A stretch of DNA of 64,000 nucleotides, taken from Podarcis filfolensis (taxonomy: Eukaryota). The stretch's first letter is position 1; each line of letters opens with the position of its first letter. The translations under genes and the position numbers were made by a program. The stretch is from NCBI GenBank assembly GCA_964270895.1, contig OZ185435.1. One strand, 5' to 3'. The notes beneath the pieces were generated by a model that made no database searches, was not told the origin of the DNA, and saw only the letters and a program-made list of their open reading frames with translations. Shown in pieces: positions 57,081 to 64,000 of the stretch.

Positions 57081-60000
57081 CTCTTTTTACAACTGTGAGT
57101 TTCGCTGTTGCTGTTGTTTTTCCACCTTCATTCAGAGCCTCACAGGTGTACTCTCCTTGATGCACTTCCTTGAATGCTTGGTTGATTACTAGTGTGTATG
57201 TGTCATGGTCTTGCAAGCACTTGAACTCATTTCCTGAAGATACCAGCTTATCCCCAAAATACCAATTCACCACTTTAACATTTTCTATAATGGAAGTAAG
57301 ACTTACGCTGTCACCTTCTTCAACAACAGTGTCTATAAAACTTTGGCGCATGATGGGACAACCCCTGCTCACTAGACTGTCTTCTCGTTTGCTAGCCTTA
57401 ACTACATGTGCCTCCTCTTCATTTTCCTCAAAAAGTTCTTCCTTTCTCTCTTTCACTTTTAGAGCATCTATTAACCTCTCAACTGGGGCTGCTGCTACTG
57501 GAATATCAAGCGTGAGTGTGGTTGTACCTACATCTTTAATGTGCTCACTTAGAGCAGTAGTTTGGACTTCTTGAATAGACACAAGTTGCTCCTCCTGTAT
57601 TTCTGATTCAGTACCCAGGTAAGCATGTTGTAGCTCAGGTGAACCAATAATATTACTGACAGATTGTTGCTGAACAGGTGTCTCAGTTACAGTAGCAGAC
57701 TGCATTAGTTTGGAAGGTGAACAAGAAGCAAGCAACTTGTCGTGTTTAGGTTCTGCTATGGCACTGGGTTCCTCTGCTGTCAGAACATGTTTCTCGTCAT
57801 AAATAATGGAGTGAACAGCAGCTTGCAATTCGCTTTTGAAATCAGCTGTCTGAGAATATATTCCATCTAGAGAAAGAGTTATTTCTGCAGTATTGGAACT
57901 TTCCAAGATTATAAGGCAAGTGCATGTTGCATGTTGAGGTTCTTTGATCACTGTTACAGTCTTTAACTGAACGCTCTCAATATCATCGAAAGCATCCAAT
58001 GGAAATAAGTGCTGTTCATTTGTCAGAGCTACTTTCAGGGCCCTTCTGATCTGAGCCTTCATATCTAAGCTACAACATACTGGAGTCTCAGCTGCAAGTT
58101 CTTCTTCTTTCCGAAGCACTTTGTTTTCCCATGTTTCAGGCACATCCATAAGAAGCCCCAGTTGCTTTTGGGCCTTTACGTTCTCAGCATCTGGCCTTGC
58201 GATCTTGTCCAAGTGCTCTTCCTTTAATGGCTGTTTTTCCTCCAGTAACAACGGGAGCCTGACTGACTGACCTTCTTGGATGCGGGCTGCAAATTCTTGC
58301 TCTGTGGCTTCCAAGAGATCGATGCTCTCTATCGGAACACCTTGCTCCTCAACGCAGGTGGATTCTGAAGGCAACCTGGGCTCAGACACCACCTCACAAC
58401 TCATGGCCTGAACAGCCTCAAATGGCTCAGCATGTCCAACATCCAAGACCCTCTCTTCAGTCACATCAGATACCTGCATCACTGTTTGAAAGTCTTCCTT
58501 CCTCAGGGTAGCTTTCTGCTCTTTTCCTATTTCGGGGAGGATTTCCTCTTTGGGCAGAAGCATCTCCTCAGCCACAGTGGTCAGACACTTACGAAGCTGA
58601 GGCTCTGCTATAGCCACAGGGTATTCTCCGGCAATGCCACTCTGAAAGGCCTCTAAGGCCTCGGCAGCTATCTGGTTTTTTTCCTCAGATGCCACAGCAC
58701 GTTTGAGCATTATTTCAGCTTTCTGCAAAGCATTTTGGGGTTCGGGTTCTTGTACAGCCATGATGCCTTCCTTAGGCAACACTTGCTCAGTTTGGCTCGT
58801 TTGGAGATGCAACACAGAAATGGGCTCCTGGGTGACCTGAATGCTAACTGCCTCTGCCAGAGGAGGAAACTGCTTAGCATCTTCACAAGAGGTGGAGACT
58901 TGTTCTTCTGTTACTAAGCAGTGTAGCAAACATGGGCTTTTCCTAGACAGCGCCTCATCTTCCAGGGGCACCTCAGAACTAAAATGCTCTTCTCTAGGAA
59001 GCGAGTCTTGTCCATGTACAACAGGCAAATGCAGTGGCTTTTCACCCTCTCTTTGGATTTCTGCTACCACCGTGCAGTCTAACCTGGGAAGGTCCTCAGT
59101 GTGTTCATCAAAGAGCTGCTGCTTTTCTTCAGCAACCAGAGCTGTTTGGACAAGCCAGTCCTGCTCCAGAGAGCCCTTCTGCTGCTCTGCAATGGTTGCA
59201 TCAAAGGCGGACTCTTTGGGGAACATCTGTTCAGAGGCAATCGTAGCCACATGTAATACATTGGATGATTCTTGGGTATGACTAACTTCTGCAGGTGAAT
59301 CAGCATAATCGATTGCCTCAGCATGAGCTTCACTTATTTTGCATTGTTCTGCTGCTACAGCAGACTGAAAAAAGCTGCCTCGTTCTTTAGCTGGTGTGAT
59401 ATTCTCCCACTTGTGTGTGTGGTCTGCCAAAGAACTTTCCTTGGACAATTCTTGGATGCCCTCAATTCTAGGAACACATACTGCATGTTTAGGCTCACTG
59501 GTTTCAATAACTTCCTCAGCTCCTGGGACTGAGAATACAACAGACTCACCGGGGCTTACCACATATTTCTCCTCAGACAGAATGGAGGCAAACTGAGATG
59601 TTTGCTCTATAGCTGACGTTGGCCTGACCATTTCTGGAAGCTTGGTTTGCAGCCCCTTTTCTTTGTCTTCTTGGTTTATTTCCTCCACAACAGGTAAATA
59701 GAGGTCAGAAACTTGGTGGCACCAGGAACCCGGCAATTCGACTACTGGTGGGCTTTGAATTGGTTCAGAGTGTTGCTCTAGGAAACCGGGGTGCTCCTTC
59801 ACCTCACCTGTGGTAAAAGCTGAAGAAGCCACCTTTTCATTGGCCTGAGATGATGGATCTGCAATTTCTCCAACTTTGTGAGACTCAAGCAAGGCTACTT
59901 GCTGGGTCAGAAGGGCTTCCTGCTGTACAGTAGCTGTTGAATAGGAAGTCACCTGCAAAACATCTACCTCTTCACTATGTAGTGAATGCCTATCTTCAGT

Positions 60001-60944
60001 TCCAATTGTATACATCACATGCTGCCCATCATGCCTATCATCACCAGGCAGTTTAACGGCATATATCCGTGAGACGGTAGCCTCGTCACTTACAGTTTCT
60101 TTATATGACTTGGTGCGTGTTTTCTGTTTACTCTTCTGTTCCTTATATGGAGCCTCCCCAGGCACGTCTAAGAGAACAAGAAGTTCTGCACTGCTAGAGG
60201 CTTCACCTATGAGGTTGATTCCCTTACAGATGTATAAGCCACCATTGGCCCCCTGGCAGTTATTCACCATTAGTGACCCAGAACCATCTTGATTATGAAT
60301 GATAGTGTATTGTGCACAGGAGAAAATCTGGTTGTTTCCCCTAAACCACTGAATCTCTGGAGGTGGGTACCCAGCCACTTTGTACTCAAACACAGCAGGA
60401 GCACCTTGTGCACACTGAACAGGGTCTAGCTTCCTAACAAAATATGGAGGTCGTGGACTTCCTGTCTTCTCTGCAGTGAATTCTGCCTCCAGTTCCCTTT
60501 CCTCTCCCTTAGGATTGACCTTCAGATAAGCAGAGCAGGCTGTCTCTCCATGGATATTACTAGCAATGCAAGTATATTCCCCTTCATGGTCAAATTTTGT
60601 GGAGAGAATAATGAGGCTATAGTTTTCATCATCAAACACAAACTTATAGTCTGCAGATGATGTCAGCTTAACACTATTGAAATACCATTGTATCTGTGGT
60701 TTTGGATCCCCAGTAACTACAACAGAAAGTCTAGCCAAATCTCCTAAACTTATTTCAACATTTGACACATGCTTGAGGAAGGTTGGGACATTGCTCTTCT
60801 CCCTTTTCACCTCTAAACTGCTAGAATAAACTGGATTTTCAGGCATGAGTTCAAGTGTTTTATCTCTATCACATAATTGTAGGCCGCTGGTGTAACTCTC
60901 AGTTCTTTCTTCCTCAGAAGACACAATAATAGAGCTAGAAATCT
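57081..60944 (-). CDS. TTN: N2B exon (human exon 49 equivalent): I24, I25, N2B unique sequence, I26
   Basis: Acceptor ttttttccccatacag at 60945-60960; donor GTTGG at 57080; 3864 nt, phase 1/1; lies in the 1300-aa ORF; ends KTTATAKLTVVKR. Confidence 0.95.
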
Positions 60945-61139
60945 CTGTATGGGGAAAAAATTATTTACATTTTACTAAAGTGCTTTCTTGAAAAATTCAT
61001 CTTGTATCTACCAGATACTATCACTCAATTATCATGTTAGGACAACACTTCGTAATGCTGCAAGATGATTAAAACATTCATATATTTTAAAATATACCTT
61101 GAATCAAAGGGTGGACATTATTTTAGGATTCAGTTTATA

Positions 61140-61387
61140 CAGTGGTACCTCAGAAGTTGAACGTAATCCATTCCAGAAGGATATTCAACTTCCGAAACGT
61201 TCAATTTCCAAGGCACGGCGTCTGATTGGCTCTTGCAATCAGAAGAGCCAATCGGAAGCCACTTGTCTGTCACATCGGACGTTAGGCTTCCGAAAAACAT
61301 TCGCAACCCAGTACACTTTTCAGGTTTGCGGCGTTTGGGAGTCGATTTGTTTGGGAACCAAGCCATTCAAGTACCAAGGTACCAATG
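61140..61387. mobile_element. Tc1/mariner (Tigger-like) MITE, 248 bp
   Basis: TA|cagtggtacctc ... caaggtaccaatg|TA; internal inverted repeat ctgattggctctt / aagagccaatcgg. Confidence 0.82.
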
Positions 61388-61544
61388 TACTGACAATTTC
61401 CCATTTAATCAGTGCATGAATATTGGGGAATATCTGCATATAAACTGAAGGCATAATACATCTCAGATATATGGGTTGGTGTTTAATATGTATAGGCAGA
61501 CTCAGATGTTCACTTTTCCATTAGTACTAAAAAAGCAAAATCAC

Positions 61545-61770
61545 AGCTCCCATCATTCTAGAACATTAGCCATTGTGGCTGGGACTGATGGGAATTGAAA
61601 TCTAGCAAAGTCTGGAGGGCCACAAGTTCCCCATCAAGGGCAGTCTTCCCTCTCCTGCTATTCTATAGGTGTTTTGGACTACAATTTCCATCTGCTCCAA
61701 CCAGTATGGCTGTCGGTCAGGGATGATGGGAGCTGAGAGCCTCAGACATCTGGAGGATACCAGGCTGAGG
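61545..61770. mobile_element. Degenerate palindromic MITE copies (ggactacaa..cccat family)
   Basis: ctcccatcatt..gatgggaattg..tctggagggccacaagttccccat and ggactacaatttccatc..gatgatgggag..catctggagga; boundaries approximate. Confidence 0.55.
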
Positions 61771-62551
61771 AAAGTTGATCTAGGAGATACAAGAGTCTGC
61801 AATAAATGTTTGATGATTTAAATACTCCCTTAAAAAAAAAAATGGTACTGCAGATCCATGAGCTGAATGCTCATTATGGGGTGTTCCTGCTGACAGAAGG
61901 AAGAAAGGGAAAATTTTCCTGCTTCACCCTGCATCCCCCTGAAAATTTGCTCTGGCAAATTTGGGGAACCCTCCTGTGGCATGAGAATGCAAGGGGAAGG
62001 AGGAATCCACAAAAAAGATCTCTCACATTTTCTGTCAGCGGGATCCTCTATTGGAACAGAGAAACTTCTGCAGAAGAAAGGAACCCTTCTATTAATGGAA
62101 AAGGAAATCTCACTCCAAGTCATAAAGTCATAAAGAGAATATTAATTGGGATAGGGATTCAGTAACATATCACACAATAATAAATATTTAAACTTGTAAT
62201 AATTTTTTACACTGGTATATAATCTTCTACGTATTTTTTGTGTGACTTAAATTACACTTAACACCTGGAGGTAGATTCAGCAATTATTCTTATTGGATTT
62301 GCTTTATGGGGCTGTTTTATATCTGAAAAAGGAATGTGGTCTGAGGTGTAGTATGGTAAGTGAAATAAAAGGTATTCACTGAAATGGTGCTATTGATTAT
62401 ACAGCACCAATCCGGGGGGTGGGGGGAGATGCTTAAGTCCCATTGAAATCAATGAACCATAAATCCCATTCATTTCAACTGAATTAAACAGTCAAGCACA
62501 ACTATTGCACTCCACTTCATGCCATTCAGTAGAAAGATAGAATTATGGTGT

Positions 62552-62640
62552 TGGAAATAATAATAATTTATTTATACCCCGCCCATCTGGCTGGGTTTCC
62601 CCAGCCATTCTGGGCGGCTTCCAACAGAATATTAAAATAC
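62552..62640 (-). mobile_element. L2-type 3' tail
   Basis: aataataatttatttataccccgcccatctggctgggtttccccagccattctgggcggctt. Confidence 0.6.
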
Positions 62641-63389
62641 AATATTAGCCCTAAGGCAGGATGTTCTAGAGCTCAGCCAGCAAAAATTAGTTCCAAGTCA
62701 AAGACACAGACAACTATTTTATGCCAAGTCGGACCATCAACCATATGGTTCAGTATTGATAATGCCAGTGTTTCTTTCTCTGCCCAGAGGTATTTGATCA
62801 TATAATGTATCCTAGGCAGTATAGCCTTCCTCTGGAAGGAAAACATTCATCTTCTTAATACTCAGAGGCCACGTGGTTCTCAGCTCTTGATCAGAAGACC
62901 TAAGGCTGCTTTGTGGTCCACAAATGGTCCTCATACACTGTGCCAGGCAGACAAGCAGTCAGGAAACAATTTGGCTTTCCCCACCAATTGGTTGCCATCC
63001 TTTCTTATGTGCATGAGCTTCTGTAAGTCCTCCAATGGGGGCATGGATCAGTTAGATATTGACTTCCTAATCCATGCCCTCACTTTTGCCACACTTAATA
63101 CTACAAATTCTACAAAACTACAAAACAAAGCAGCTCAGTGTTTCGAAGCAAAGCTTTCGTCTTTGCCCTATGTAAGATTCTGCAATGATAACCACAGATA
63201 AAGTTGATGGTATGGAGGCGGACATGTTTTCGGGACTTTTACAAAACCACTCAGTTTTGCCGCACTAAATACTACAAATTCCTCCCTTTTTCTAAAATGG
63301 CAATTAAGATCCACAAATGGTTAAACTATGATATGAGGAGGACTATACAGCTATTACTTCCAGGTCAAATGGTACAATAAAGATATTTT

Positions 63390-63527
63390 CTGTTTCTTTT
63401 TTATTATGTATTTTGTGTTTTTATATTATTGTGATATTATGTTGTAACTGCCCTGAGACCTGCAGGCATAGGGCGGTATACAAATTTAAATCAAACAAAC
63501 AAACAAACAAACAAACAAACAAACAAA
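63390..63527 (+). mobile_element. L2-type 3' tail ending in (AAAC)n
   Basis: tgtaactgccctgagacct..agggcggtatacaaattt followed by an aaac repeat. Confidence 0.55.
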
Positions 63528-64000
63528 CGATATAGCTCTACCTAAAAACTATGGGGGGGAATAATCCCTGGCAGCACAGAATTTTCTTTGTCTCTGTCAC
63601 AGAGAACCATGGGAGTCCTGTGTACCTTCAAGGTTCTAGGGAGGCCTCTATATCTTTGGGGCTCTAAACTGCAGGTATGCAACATTACATTTCCCCTACA
63701 AACATTTAAAGTACTCTGTTAGAACACTGCAGCTGTCTACTAATGATTAATTGAGCATGTGTGCAGATGACTGGTACATGTTTTTAAATTTAAATGCCAG
63801 AATAAGTTAACTGTTCTTTGTTTGACAGTTACAAAGAGAACTTTCCCAACATCCCACCCTCTGTTCAACTCTAGAAAAAATGATGTGTTTCTAGTTTCAT
63901 ATGTCTAGAAGGATGGGCATAAAGGTTATGACCTTCACATACATACCACCATTGTTTAAAGGTCGATAATTAATTCATCAATGTATGCTCAATGAAGAAT

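Larger units (their letters stand above)
685..60944 (-). other. TTN: Titin gene, partial: N2B exon, middle tandem-Ig segment, N2A element and start of PEVK; the gene continues beyond both window ends
   Basis: 88 frame-compatible exons encoding I-set Ig domains, the N2A motif YEKYARMYGITDFRGLLQAFE and PEVK repeats (VPEVPKKPVPEEK..PPAK). Confidence 0.99.

Noticed and set aside
57170-59596. Plus-strand and off-frame ORFs inside the N2B exon (e.g. 57170-57574, 58841-59281)
   Set aside because: They are antisense or alternative-frame by-products of the long coding exon, with no independent signals.
60945-64000. Expected novex-3 terminal exon upstream of N2B
   Set aside because: No long minus-strand ORF or Ig motif is present in these 3 kb. 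It probably lies beyond the window, so absence cannot be claimed.

Overview
Eukaryotic genomic DNA, not prokaryotic. The whole window lies inside the titin gene (TTN) on the minus strand. It is from a squamate reptile, most likely a lacertid lizard; this is inferred from intronic Sauria SINEs, a Penelope-like end and Tc1/mariner and hAT MITEs. In transcript order (high to low coordinates) I resolved 88 coding exons by hand from AG/GT boundaries and frame: (1) the giant cardiac N2B exon (57081-60944, 1288 codons); (2) the I27 exon and the two-Ig I28/I29 exon; (3) 50 single-Ig exons (I30-I79), made of three 6-domain and three 10-domain super-repeats plus I78 and I79; (4) the eight N2A exons (I80, UN2A, I81-I83); (5) the first 27 PEVK exons. 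Ig and exon numbers are assigned by homology to human nomenclature from memory. The count (52 Ig from I28 to I79, then 8 N2A exons) fits it. No gene start or end is in the window. Most striking observation: the supposedly unique, disordered N2B spring is built from a cryptic 74-residue (222-nt) repeat, about 9 units in near-exact register. Other candidates: an antisense CCAAT/GC-box/TATA promoter-like cassette at the edge of the alternatively spliced block; a switch in splice-site class between Ig and PEVK exons; a (UUC)n tract beside an Ig donor; a locally duplicated acidic exon pair; and a possible 11-nt poison microexon or recursive splice site. All counts were done by eye.
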